In this document: piece by piece, positions 41,073 through 51,107 of the stretch
Numbering within the stretch: the first letter of the stretch is position 1
Layout of the letters: the number at the start of each line of letters is the position of its first letter
Source: Lachnospiraceae bacterium
GTDB taxonomy: Bacteria > Bacillota > Clostridia > Lachnospirales > Lachnospiraceae
NCBI GenBank assembly: GCA_015057585.1
Contig: SVEF01000013.1
Coordinates: forward strand, 27,054-91,053
Direction: 5' to 3'
Length of the DNA stretch: 64,000 bases
Notes under the pieces: model-generated
The model's input: the letters and a program-made list of their open reading frames with translations, nothing else
Told to the model about the DNA's origin: nothing
The model's database searches: none
Made by a program: the position numbers and the translations under genes

Positions 41073-42009
41073 GTCGAAGCTTACCAGGGAAAAATTACAT
41101 AAGTTTGTGTTCGGTACGAGAGAGAAGCAGGGACTTGGACAGCAACTCGTTGTATACGGTCTCTTAATCTGTATCGGATTCATCTATCTTTACCCGATTT
41201 TAAGCATGGCAAGTACCAGTTTTATGAACCGGGATGACCTGTTGGACAGTTCGGTAAAATGGTTGCCAAGTACGTTCTATTTGCAAAATTACATTGATGC
41301 GGCTAAGTCTATGGACTTTTGGAAAACGTTACTGAAAGGGGTCGTAATTGCGGGAGCGCCGACATTGTGTAACGTAATTATCTGCATGTGTGTCGGCTAC
41401 GGCTTTGCCAGGTATAAGTTTAAAGGAAAAAATCTGCTCATGGGACTTTTGATTTTTGCTTATATCTTACCGAGCCAGGTAACGATGATACCGACTTACG
41501 TGCTCTATAACGATATGAAGATTTTAGGCACACTCTGGACCTTTGTTTTGCCTGCAATCTTCGGAAACGGACTGAACGCACCGATTTTTATCCTGATTTT
41601 TTATCAGTTTTTTAAGCAGGTACCAAAGGTGCTGATGGAAGCGGCCTACATTGATGGGGCAGGACATTTTAAAGCGTTCTATAAAATCGCGATTCCGTCT
41701 GCCATCCCTGCGATAGTGACCGTCGTGTTATTCTCGTTTGTCTGGTACTGGAACGAATCGTACTTAACAGAAATGTATGTACAGGGACTTTCCACGAAGA
41801 GTATCTGGACAAATCTGGTCATCCAGTTAAAGAATTTCGATTCCGCATTTAATTCCAAAGCGGTAGTCGGAGATACGGCAACATCACTAAATGAGTCGGT
41901 ACGAATGGCGGCAACGTCACTCAGTATTTTACCGCTTCTGCTTGTTTATCTGGTATTACAGAAGCAGTTTGTGGAAAGTATCGACCGCGCCGGTATTACC
42001 GGTGAATAA
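41008..42009 (+). CDS. Sugar ABC transporter permease (MalG-like)
   Basis: 6 TM helices with EAAYIDGAGHFKAFYKI. An AAGGAGGGG RBS sits 9 nt upstream. Overlaps the upstream gene by 65 nt. Confidence 0.7.
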   Translation: MQRKSRATHADTRPMTVAETIKSKLTREKLHKFVFGTREKQGLGQQLVVYGLLICIGFIYLYPILSMASTSFMNRDDLLDSSVKWLPSTFYLQNYIDAAKSMDFWKTLLKGVVIAGAPTLCNVIICMCVGYGFARYKFKGKNLLMGLLIFAYILPSQVTMIPTYVLYNDMKILGTLWTFVLPAIFGNGLNAPIFILIFYQFFKQVPKVLMEAAYIDGAGHFKAFYKIAIPSAIPAIVTVVLFSFVWYWNESYLTEMYVQGLSTKSIWTNLVIQLKNFDSAFNSKAVVGDTATSLNESVRMAATSLSILPLLLVYLVLQKQFVESIDRAGITGE

Positions 42010-42086
42010 TAATCCAGTTCTAAATTTTACACCGGGACGAAGTAAGTGGTGTAAAGTTCAGATAAAAAGTTTTAAGGAGGAAAACC

Positions 42087-43691
42087 ATGAAAAGAAAAAA
42101 TTATTTTAAGAAATTGTTTGTTTCCATGGCACTTGTAATGTCTATGCTGGTGAGCATGACAGCTTGTGGCGGAAACAACGAGACACCTGGCGGACAGGAA
42201 GGGGAAGTCACACCGGGTGGTGATGAGAGTACACTGGGACCTCAGTATACTCCGTTTGGTGACTACAAGGTTACCACAGAGGACATCACATTAACCATCT
42301 GGCACTACGAGGATGAGACGACTGCAACAAAGCTTTGTGAAGCTTTCATGAATTTGTATCCGAACATTACTGTAGAGCATAAGATTATTTCTGACATGAG
42401 TACGGACCTTTCCGCAGCAGCTGCTGCACAGACGATGCCGGATGTATTTGAAGGTACTGACTCCGATACTGCTCTTGCAAACGGCTGGTGGGGCGACATT
42501 ACCGAGTACTGGAATGCAGACCCGGATACCAAGAACTTACTGTATACCATTGATGAATACGGCATTGGTTGTTTTGATACCGGCAGAAGATTTGCCGCTC
42601 CGGTACTTTACTGGCCAAGTGCTACCTTCATTGACCGTAACGTAATCGAAACCTTAAACCTTGACATGCCGGATACCGACTGGACCTGGGATGAAATGAT
42701 CCAGTTAATCAAGGATGCAACCAAGTACGATCCGGATATGATGTACTACGGACTCGGCTGGTACAACAGACTGGATTCCTTATACGGAATTGCAGCATGT
42801 ACCAATGCAGAAAGAGCCATCAAGGGTGAATTTGGTTACAACGGTGAAGATTTCGATCTTCAGTACTGGGCAATCGGTGAGCAGCAGTTCTCTGACCTTC
42901 AGTTAGCAGGTTACGTAGCTCCGACTTCCGGCTCCGATGCAATGGAAGACTGGACCGGCGATTACGACGGTTGGTTTGGTGCAACCGGACACGTTGCTGT
43001 ATTCTCCGAAGCATTCTGGACTTATCAGAACATTTGGGCACAGGAAGGCTATCAGGAAGATTTAGGTCTTGATATTGTTCCTTACGTTACTCCAAACGTA
43101 GTAGATGAAAAGGAACACAACGTTATTTCCACCATGTATATGGGCGGTATCTCCAGCTCCACAGAGCATCCTCTGGAAGCTTACCTCTTACTCAGATTCT
43201 TCAGCTGGGGTGTTGATGGCTGGAATGCGCGTATGAGCATCTATGAAGATCCTGCCAACGTAAATGCATCCGGCGTGAAGTTACAGCATTCTTCCATGCC
43301 GGTGCCGATTACTTTGGACGAAGGAGTATGGGCAAGATACAAAGCATTATTCCCACAGGACGAAGAACACAAGCCATACTGGGATGATTTCTTTGACAGT
43401 ATCACCAGACCGGTTCCTTACGGCTGGTACAGCATCGCAGGTTACTGGAACTTCTGTGACCAGTACTTCAACTCCATCGGTATTCACACCCTGGTAGATA
43501 CCGGTAAGGCAAAGGCGGCCGATTATGTAGATGAGGCAACCAGACAGGCAAACTACTATCATGCAAGTGCAATGCTTGCTTACTTCGGACCAAACAGTCC
43601 GTATGCAACAGTAGTTGGTTATAAGGATATTTTAAGTGCAGAGGAAATTGCAAAGTACCAGGCAGTGGTAGATGCATTCACAGCACAGTAA
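42087..43691 (+). CDS. Extracellular solute-binding lipoprotein of a sugar ABC transporter
   Basis: Lipobox MTACGGN and an SBP-like fold of about 500 aa. AAGGAGG RBS. Confidence 0.7.
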   Translation: MKRKNYFKKLFVSMALVMSMLVSMTACGGNNETPGGQEGEVTPGGDESTLGPQYTPFGDYKVTTEDITLTIWHYEDETTATKLCEAFMNLYPNITVEHKIISDMSTDLSAAAAAQTMPDVFEGTDSDTALANGWWGDITEYWNADPDTKNLLYTIDEYGIGCFDTGRRFAAPVLYWPSATFIDRNVIETLNLDMPDTDWTWDEMIQLIKDATKYDPDMMYYGLGWYNRLDSLYGIAACTNAERAIKGEFGYNGEDFDLQYWAIGEQQFSDLQLAGYVAPTSGSDAMEDWTGDYDGWFGATGHVAVFSEAFWTYQNIWAQEGYQEDLGLDIVPYVTPNVVDEKEHNVISTMYMGGISSSTEHPLEAYLLLRFFSWGVDGWNARMSIYEDPANVNASGVKLQHSSMPVPITLDEGVWARYKALFPQDEEHKPYWDDFFDSITRPVPYGWYSIAGYWNFCDQYFNSIGIHTLVDTGKAKAADYVDEATRQANYYHASAMLAYFGPNSPYATVVGYKDILSAEEIAKYQAVVDAFTAQ

Positions 43692-43716
43692 ATATAAATA
43701 AGAGGAGGATATTATC

Positions 43717-46203
43717 ATGAGAAAGAAACTGTTCAGCTTAGTATTAGTATTAAGTTTGGCAGTTGGCATGCTTGCAGGTTGCGGTAACGGAGGCGAACAG
43801 ACTCCGGATCCGACACCGACAGCAGAGCCAACCAAGGAACCGACCAAGGCTCCAGATCCAACAAAGGCACCGGACCCAACAAAGGCTCCTGACCCAACAG
43901 AGGCTCCTGTAGGAGAAGCTCTTCCGGAAGCAAAGTATTACTATCCATTTGAAGATGCAACCGGTCTTACCGTAAAGGTAAATGATTTCACAGGTACAAC
44001 AACAGACACCAGAATTATCAATACCGAAAAGACTATGTACTTTACCAACGGTGTAAAGGGACAGTGTGCATGGTTTGACGGTACCTATGGTGCAGAACTT
44101 GATATTGAACCGCTGGATTCCGATACCTGGACGCTTTCCTTCTGGATTAACGCACAGAGATATTCCACTTACGGTGCAACCGTTCAGTTCGGTTCTGATT
44201 TATACAGTGAAAACACATCGGCAAGATGGTTAAATATCACCAGATCTGAATTTGACGGCGTAACGTTCCCTACTTTCTGGTCCAGAAATGAAGCAGAAAA
44301 CATCTGGCCATGGTTCAACTATGCGGCAGAGACAGAAGCAGGTAAGAAGGAATGGGCACATATTACACTCGTTTCCGATGAAAACGATTGGACAGAAGAC
44401 GGTATCTATATTGATGCAGATCTTTATATCAACGGTGAATACGTAGATAAGGTTTGTCAGTTAACACCTGGACTTTTCGGTGCAGATGAGACCTTCCATT
44501 TCTTACTTGGTATCAACTGCTGGGATGCAATTTACAAGGGCGCTATGGATGAATTATATATCTTTGACCAGGCATTAACCGCTGGTCAGGTAGCAACCTT
44601 ATATGCAGACGGCAATACAAGTGAACAGCCTGTTAACCCGGCCGGCGAGCAGGAAGGCAGAGATCACAGTGATGTAACAACTGCAGGCTATGTCATCGGT
44701 TCTGTAGACTGTTCCACAGCGGCAGGTACTGCTTACACAGATACAAAGGCAGTTCCGGCAGGTGCAACCGTAGAACTTGAGTTCACAAACTATACAAAGG
44801 GTGAAACCTTTGAGGATGTATTCAACCTGATTTTACAGAATGTTGGCAACGCACACAGCACAGCAGACAATGCAGCGTATGCAGAGTATGCAGTAGTAAG
44901 CTCCGCATTGCCTAACAACAGTGCATTGGAAGGTTACTTAGTAAGAAATACATTTAACCAGTTCAATCCAAAGACTTTCGGTGATAACACAGACAGAGCA
45001 AAGTATGTAGTAACCGTTAAGAACAACGGTACAACCGTAGATGTTTTAATGACAGCAAACTGTGCAGACGGTGTAACCCGTTACTTAGAGTACGTTGGTA
45101 TTCCTGTAACAGGTGATGTATTCGTAGCATTAACCGTAGCCGGCGGCTTCCTTGATTATCTCCCGGATATCATGGCAAAGGGAACTTTAGTTGGTAATTC
45201 AGATTTGTCCTCCGGTTGGTGGGGAGCTCACTCTGTGCCTGTTCAGGTTCCGGTAGGTGAAACAGTAACAACACGCCTGATTAACTATAGTGCAGGTAAC
45301 GCCGTATATCAGAACTGGGTAGCAGTTCTTCAGAATGTACCGGCAGCACACAGTGCGGCTGATGATGCAGCATATGTAGAATATGCAGTATTACGTTCCG
45401 ACAACTATGGTTGGGGAGCAATCGGTTACGAAAACAATCCAAACCGTGTGAACGAATTCTCCTGGACATGGGATCTTGGCAATGCTACTGATGCAGCAGC
45501 TTTCATTGAATTCATGAAGGAAGCTACTGTTGATGTGGCTGTAACCAACCATGGTACAACTGCAGATGTAGTGGCTACTATCACAGGTAAGAATGGCGAA
45601 GTTCATACTATGAAGTATTTAAATCTTACCATTACAGGTGATTTATACTACTGCTTCACAACAGACAGTTCCTGCTTGGATATCCTTGGTACATATAAGG
45701 GTACTGCAGTAGGTGCGATGGATTGCTCCACTGCTTTCTGGGGAGCACATTCCGAACCAATCGCAGTTCCAAACGGTGAAACTGTAACTGCCAAGTTAAT
45801 CAACCATACCAATGGTGTTGCAAACTGGAATAACTTCGTTGTTATTTTACAGAATGTACCAACCGGTCACGGCACGGCAGAAAATCCAAACTACGCAGAG
45901 TACGGTGTATTCCGTGCGGATAACTATGCTTGGTGCGGAGCGCTCAATACCGGCGGAAACTTAGCTGACCTTGGATGGCAGTTAGAGTGCAACTGGGATT
46001 GGACCACATTCCTTGCAGATATGGAAGGTGCGTTGGTAGAAGTAGCAGTAACCAATCACGGAACAACTGCAGACATCGTTGCAACAGCAACAACCGTTGA
46101 TGGCAAGGTATTCACACAGAAGTATGCTAACATTGCAGTTGGTGGTGAATTATACTTCTGCTTTACCGTAGACGGCTGCTGGCTGGATGTTCTTACAAAG
46201 TAA
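43717..46203 (+). CDS. Cell-surface lipoprotein: Pro/Thr-rich linker, LamG/ConA-like lectin domain and three tandem ~180-aa repeats of an unrecognised domain
   Basis: Lipobox LAGCGNGG, and the linker PTKAPDPTKAPDPTKAPDPTEAP. The repeats share WWGAHS.P..VP.GETVT..LIN...G.......V.ILQNV...H......YAEY ... VAVTNHGTTAD.VAT. Confidence 0.5.
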   Translation: MRKKLFSLVLVLSLAVGMLAGCGNGGEQTPDPTPTAEPTKEPTKAPDPTKAPDPTKAPDPTEAPVGEALPEAKYYYPFEDATGLTVKVNDFTGTTTDTRIINTEKTMYFTNGVKGQCAWFDGTYGAELDIEPLDSDTWTLSFWINAQRYSTYGATVQFGSDLYSENTSARWLNITRSEFDGVTFPTFWSRNEAENIWPWFNYAAETEAGKKEWAHITLVSDENDWTEDGIYIDADLYINGEYVDKVCQLTPGLFGADETFHFLLGINCWDAIYKGAMDELYIFDQALTAGQVATLYADGNTSEQPVNPAGEQEGRDHSDVTTAGYVIGSVDCSTAAGTAYTDTKAVPAGATVELEFTNYTKGETFEDVFNLILQNVGNAHSTADNAAYAEYAVVSSALPNNSALEGYLVRNTFNQFNPKTFGDNTDRAKYVVTVKNNGTTVDVLMTANCADGVTRYLEYVGIPVTGDVFVALTVAGGFLDYLPDIMAKGTLVGNSDLSSGWWGAHSVPVQVPVGETVTTRLINYSAGNAVYQNWVAVLQNVPAAHSAADDAAYVEYAVLRSDNYGWGAIGYENNPNRVNEFSWTWDLGNATDAAAFIEFMKEATVDVAVTNHGTTADVVATITGKNGEVHTMKYLNLTITGDLYYCFTTDSSCLDILGTYKGTAVGAMDCSTAFWGAHSEPIAVPNGETVTAKLINHTNGVANWNNFVVILQNVPTGHGTAENPNYAEYGVFRADNYAWCGALNTGGNLADLGWQLECNWDWTTFLADMEGALVEVAVTNHGTTADIVATATTVDGKVFTQKYANIAVGGELYFCFTVDGCWLDVLTK

Positions 46204-46243
46204 ATCCGGTCAAAACGGAAAATAGAGAATTTTAATTAAAAAG

Positions 46244-46278
46244 GCACTCCGGATTGCTCATTTCGCAATCCGGAGTGT
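46244..46278. terminator. Terminator hairpin after the lipoprotein gene
   Basis: CACTCCGGATTGC-tcatttc-GCAATCCGGAGTG. Confidence 0.5.
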
Positions 46279-46379
46279 AAAATTAAAAATTAAATCCAGA
46301 TATAATAAACTTATTTGTATATAATTTTGCGTAAACTTATTATATGTGTGTTTAATTGGAATCATAGGAGGAAATGACA

Positions 46380-47363
46380 ATGAATGAGTTGCGAAGAAAC
46401 GGTGTTTTAACGGAGTACAATGTTCCTTTTATTGAGCAGAGAGCTGATCCATATGTATACCGTCATACAGACGGCACATATTATTTTACCGCATCGGTTC
46501 CTGCGTATGATAAAATTGTTTTAAGAAAATCAGAGACGTTGCTCGGACTGAGAGAAGCAGAAGAGACGGTAGTCTGGACAAAGCATGAGTCCGGTGAAAT
46601 GAGCCGACATATTTGGGCGCCGGAACTTCACTTTTTGTTCGGAAAGTGGTATATTTATTTTGCAGCGGGAGAACAGGACGATATGTGGAAAATCCGTCCG
46701 TTCGTTTTAGAATGCCAGAGTGAGGATCCGATGAAAGGCCCTTGGGTCGAAAAAGGAAAGATGAAACGGAGCAATGATGACATTTATTCGTTTGAAGCCT
46801 TTTCGCTGGATGCAACCATTCTGGAGCATAAGGGTGAGTATTATTATGTGTGGGCAGAAAAGGTGAGCGTCGGTATTCAGATTTCCAATCTCTATATTGC
46901 AAGAATGGAGTCTGCTACGAAGCTTGCGACGGCGCAGGTACTTTTAACCACACCGGACTACGATTGGGAAAGAGTAGATATCTGGGTCAACGAAGGGCCG
47001 GCATTTGTTAAAAAAGACGGACGTATTTTTATGGCATATTCGGCAAGTGCGACCGGTGAGTGCTATTGTATGGGTCTGATGAGTATCGGTGAGGATGAGG
47101 ATTTACTGGATCCGAAGCTTTGGAAGAAGGAACGTTACCCGGTACTTCGTTCCGACCGCAGAAAGGGCTTTTACGGTCCGGGACACAATTGCTTTACCAA
47201 GGATGAAAACGGCAGGGACATTTGTGTATTCCATGCAAGGACATACCTTGAAATCGAAGGGGATCCGTTGTACGATCCAAACCGTCACGCCATGTTAATG
47301 GAAGTGAAATGGAACGAACAGGGATATCCTGTATTTGATTATGAAAACATGGTAAAATTTTAA
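46380..47363 (+). CDS. GH43-family glycoside hydrolase (intracellular arabinofuranosidase/xylosidase-like)
   Basis: RADPYVYRHTDGTYYF...WAPELHF...5-bladed propeller pattern with no signal peptide. ATG at 46380 with an AGGAGG RBS. Confidence 0.7.
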   Translation: MNELRRNGVLTEYNVPFIEQRADPYVYRHTDGTYYFTASVPAYDKIVLRKSETLLGLREAEETVVWTKHESGEMSRHIWAPELHFLFGKWYIYFAAGEQDDMWKIRPFVLECQSEDPMKGPWVEKGKMKRSNDDIYSFEAFSLDATILEHKGEYYYVWAEKVSVGIQISNLYIARMESATKLATAQVLLTTPDYDWERVDIWVNEGPAFVKKDGRIFMAYSASATGECYCMGLMSIGEDEDLLDPKLWKKERYPVLRSDRRKGFYGPGHNCFTKDENGRDICVFHARTYLEIEGDPLYDPNRHAMLMEVKWNEQGYPVFDYENMVKF

Positions 47364-47405
47364 GGTTTACCATAAAAATAAGCGATAAGCAGAAAGAGGT
47401 AATTT

Positions 47406-49445
47406 ATGAAAAGAAAATGGTTATGTTTCAGCATGATGATGGTGCTGAGTGTATTTCTTGCAGCATGCGGGAACGCCGGTACGGGAGAGGGGACTCCTAC
47501 GCCTGCTCCAACAGATGGTGCTACCGTGCCGGAGGAACCGACAACGGCTCCGACGGAAGCTCCGGAGGTTACGGAACCGGCAGCAGAAGGTGCATCTCAT
47601 GCCGTATCCGCTTCGAATGTGACAATTACAATGTCGACGGATAAAAAGGAATACCAGGCAGGAGAGACGATCCATTATACGATTAAGATAGAAAATAACC
47701 GTGCGTATTGGGACATTCTTTCTTTTAGCTTTGAATACAGTAACTCTGAGAATTTAACCACAACGGATGGTGCTGCGCTTCCGAATAAGGTAGAAAAGAT
47801 TTTATCCGGGGAAAGCTATGAAATTACCGGAACGCTGATGGGCGGTACGGGAGATACCAAGGGAGTAGCAACAGGCTCTAATGTGGCAGATGCAGAGAAG
47901 GTTGCATTGCGTCCGTATGTAAAGGTAACTTATGCGGGAGAAGAGGTGACGCTCCGTGCAGTTATGGAAATTCCGATGCTGCAGCAGAGAGTAAGAGTGA
48001 AGGTATCCCAGCAGGACACACCAAAGCGGATTACCTGTCATGACCCGTCCATCTTTAAGGACAAGGATGGTACCTATTACATATTCGGTACCCATATTAC
48101 CGGAGGCTATACCAGTGATTTGAGAAACTGGACCAATTTGGAAGCAACCTTCCGTGCAACGCTGTTTTCCCAGAGCGTAAAGGATGAAATCCGGGCTTGG
48201 AACAAGGATTCGACCGTATCCAACTGGTACGATTATCTTTGGGCACCGGATATCATTTACAATGAAACGATGGGCAAGTATTGCATTTACTTAAGTGCAA
48301 ACGGTGATAACTGGGTATCCAATATTGTGCTTTTGACGTCGGATAACGTGAGAGGACCGTATGAGTATGCGGGAAGTGTTGTATACGGCGGCTTTGATGA
48401 AAATACATGGAGCCAGATGGACGGCGAACAAGCAACCGGGGAGAGCGAGCTTCCGGAGCGTTATTATAAGTTCGGTCTGAAAAACGGCAGATGGGGCATC
48501 AAGTGGCCAAACTGCATTGACCCGTGTGTGTTCTACGATGAAGAGGGCAAGCTTTGGATGTCATACGGCTCCTGGTCCGGCGGTATCTTTATTCTGGAAT
48601 TGGATGAGGAAACAGGACTTCGAGATTACAATGTGACATATGAATGCAATGACCATTCGGATGCATATTTTGGTAAGAAAATTTCCGGTGGTGCGTATAC
48701 CTCCGGTGAGGCTTCTTATATCGAGCATATCGGCGACTATTACTGGCTGTTTGTTTCCTACGGTTACCTGGAAGCAGACTCCGGTTATAATGTAAGAGTT
48801 TACCGCAGTGAGAATCCGGACGGACCTTATGTAGATGCACTCGGCAATGATGCATTTTTAGATAAGGGTGGAAATAACTACAATATGGCGAACAAGGGTG
48901 TCCGTTTGTTCGGCGGCTATAAGTGGAGAACCTTCACATATGCCGATGTTGCCCAGGGACATAATTCGGCATTTGTCGACGATGACGGAAGAGCCTATAT
49001 GATTTACCATACCAGAACCAGCAACGGTACGGAAGGACATACGGTTAAAGTGCTGCAGCTGTTTCTGAATAAGGAAGGCTGGCTGTGTGCAGCGCCGTAC
49101 ACGACAAATGGGGAAAAACTGGAACCGGAGCGGCTGAAAACGGAAGAATATGCAGGTCAGTATGAAGTGATTTTACATGAACTGGAAATTGATTACGAAA
49201 ATCTGGATTCCCATAAGCCGGTGTTTGTGCAGCTGAATGCAGACGGAACCATTACCGGTGAAATGACAGGTACCTGGGCATTGGAAGCGGGAACCTCGTA
49301 TATTACGCTGGTGATTGACGGCGTGACCTACAGTGGTGTGGCTCTTCATATGAATGTAGAAAATACAAAGATGGAGACATCGGTATTTACGGCACTCGGA
49401 AAAGAAAACCAGTTAACCATCTGGGGGAGCAAGATGATTGAATAA
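47406..49445 (+). CDS. Extracellular GH43-family lipoprotein (endo-arabinanase/arabinofuranosidase-like) with an N-terminal Ig-like domain
   Basis: Lipobox LAACGNAG, and HDPSIFKDKDGTYYIFGTH...WAPDIIY GH43 motifs. Confidence 0.7.
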   Translation: MKRKWLCFSMMMVLSVFLAACGNAGTGEGTPTPAPTDGATVPEEPTTAPTEAPEVTEPAAEGASHAVSASNVTITMSTDKKEYQAGETIHYTIKIENNRAYWDILSFSFEYSNSENLTTTDGAALPNKVEKILSGESYEITGTLMGGTGDTKGVATGSNVADAEKVALRPYVKVTYAGEEVTLRAVMEIPMLQQRVRVKVSQQDTPKRITCHDPSIFKDKDGTYYIFGTHITGGYTSDLRNWTNLEATFRATLFSQSVKDEIRAWNKDSTVSNWYDYLWAPDIIYNETMGKYCIYLSANGDNWVSNIVLLTSDNVRGPYEYAGSVVYGGFDENTWSQMDGEQATGESELPERYYKFGLKNGRWGIKWPNCIDPCVFYDEEGKLWMSYGSWSGGIFILELDEETGLRDYNVTYECNDHSDAYFGKKISGGAYTSGEASYIEHIGDYYWLFVSYGYLEADSGYNVRVYRSENPDGPYVDALGNDAFLDKGGNNYNMANKGVRLFGGYKWRTFTYADVAQGHNSAFVDDDGRAYMIYHTRTSNGTEGHTVKVLQLFLNKEGWLCAAPYTTNGEKLEPERLKTEEYAGQYEVILHELEIDYENLDSHKPVFVQLNADGTITGEMTGTWALEAGTSYITLVIDGVTYSGVALHMNVENTKMETSVFTALGKENQLTIWGSKMIE

Positions 49446-49521
49446 ATGTAAGGCGGTGCGGTGCAGCAGGCATCGCGCCGTTTTTTATGTGATATTTTGG
49501 AGAAGAGGAGATACATAAAAG

Positions 49522-50856
49522 ATGAAGAAACCGGGTTTTTATTTGAATCTGCATGACAGAGAAAAAAATGTTCCGTTTGAATCGCATGACCCGTCTATGA
49601 TGTATGACGTAAAGAGCGGGTTTTATTATTCCTATTCCACGGATGCAGCCATTACGTCTGAATACCGGCAGGGAATTCCGGTGCGCAGAAGCCGGGATTT
49701 GGTTTCTTTTGAGTTTGTGGGATATGCATTATCCGAAGAGGCAGTCAGAGAAGGACGTGATAACGGAGAGGGGAACCGGCCGACCGGAGGCTTTTGGGCT
49801 CCTTATGCTGAGTGTGTTGAAGGAGAGTACCGGCTGTATTATTCAGCAACAAAGGCATTCGGAAGTTCGGAATCCAGAATCTGGCTTGCGGTAGCAAACC
49901 ATCCGGAGGGACCGTTTGAAAACCGTGGGGTTGTGGTAGATACGTGGGGAACCACGGATGCAGAGCCAAACGCGATTGACCCTCATGTGGTAGACTGTCC
50001 GGACGGAAGGAAGTTTCTGGTGTATGGCTCTTTTTTTGGCGGGATTTACTTAAAAGAACTTTCGGTACAGACAGGACTTTGTATGGACGGTGATATCCAT
50101 GCGCTTGGATGCAGAATTGCCGTGAAGCCGGAAAATTCTTATATAGACGGTCCGGAGGGTGCGGCAGTTATGTACCATCCGGAAAAGAAATTATATTATC
50201 TGTTTTTATCCTACGGATGGTTGGGAGATGATTATGATATCCGTGTCGGAGTCAGCCCGAAGGTGGACGGTCCGTATCTGGACAGAGAGGGAAAATCCCT
50301 GAATGGGGAGAGTCTCGGGCAAAAGGTGGCAGGAAGCTACCGCTTTCCGGCGGAGAAGCCTTACGCGGCAGAAGGAGAGAATTGGAAATTTGCAGGCTTT
50401 CGCGGTCCGGGACACGGCGTGCCATTTTACGCACCGGAAGCAGACCGGTTTTTCTTTGTCCATCATATCAGGGACGGGGCAGAATCGCTTTGTCATAAAC
50501 CAAAGAATCCGTGGAAAAAGCCTTCGTACCGGATGCATTATATGGTCGTCCGTGCCATGTATTTTGCAGGGGACTGGCCGGTATTATGCCCGGAACCGTA
50601 TGCGGAGGAAGATGCGGCGGCACTTCTTGCGACAGAAGCAGGACAAGAGATGCTGTCTGAGATAAAAGAGTGGGAATGGCTGACCTGTTCGAATACCTGC
50701 AATGAAATTGCGGTTTCAAAACAGGGAAATTTGCCGGAATTGCCGGTAGACGGCGTTATCGGAATCTGTTATGATTATGAAAACAGCAGACCGGTGAAGT
50801 TTTTATCGGCCTACACTCATAAAAACGAAATTTTATGGGCCAAAGCGATAGTGTAA
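49522..50856 (+). CDS. GH43-family glycoside hydrolase (intracellular)
   Basis: HDPSMMYDVKSGFYYSYSTD...FWAPYAE...DPHVV propeller motifs. Confidence 0.7.
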   Translation: MKKPGFYLNLHDREKNVPFESHDPSMMYDVKSGFYYSYSTDAAITSEYRQGIPVRRSRDLVSFEFVGYALSEEAVREGRDNGEGNRPTGGFWAPYAECVEGEYRLYYSATKAFGSSESRIWLAVANHPEGPFENRGVVVDTWGTTDAEPNAIDPHVVDCPDGRKFLVYGSFFGGIYLKELSVQTGLCMDGDIHALGCRIAVKPENSYIDGPEGAAVMYHPEKKLYYLFLSYGWLGDDYDIRVGVSPKVDGPYLDREGKSLNGESLGQKVAGSYRFPAEKPYAAEGENWKFAGFRGPGHGVPFYAPEADRFFFVHHIRDGAESLCHKPKNPWKKPSYRMHYMVVRAMYFAGDWPVLCPEPYAEEDAAALLATEAGQEMLSEIKEWEWLTCSNTCNEIAVSKQGNLPELPVDGVIGICYDYENSRPVKFLSAYTHKNEILWAKAIV

Positions 50857-50873
50857 GAATAAGGGGAAGCAGA

Positions 50874-51107
50874 ATGAAAAACTATACCAAATTGGATATT
50901 GTAAAAGATATCATTTTCTTTTTTATCACAGTAGCGGTGGCATATGGATATATTCTGTTACTGCTTTTGATACTTAGTTTTATGACGAGCAGATATCTTC
51001 CGATGAAGTTTGACGATATGCTGGTATATTCCGGCATAGGGACGTTTATCATCGGAGTCTGGTATATTGTAAAAAAGGTAAAGAAATATCAAAATAAGAC
51101 GGAGTAG
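50874..51107 (+). CDS. Small membrane protein (2 TM helices)
   Basis: ATG with an AAGGGGAAG RBS and two hydrophobic helices. The track ORF begins at 50835. Confidence 0.4.
   Translation: MKNYTKLDIVKDIIFFFITVAVAYGYILLLLLILSFMTSRYLPMKFDDMLVYSGIGTFIIGVWYIVKKVKKYQNKTE

Noticed and set aside
43800-43900. Short tandem nucleotide repeats (GCTCCAGATCCAACAAAG-type) that could be mistaken for a CRISPR or VNTR array
   Set aside because: They encode the in-frame PTKAPDPTKAP linker of the lipoprotein. The repeats are too short, too few and have no spacer architecture.
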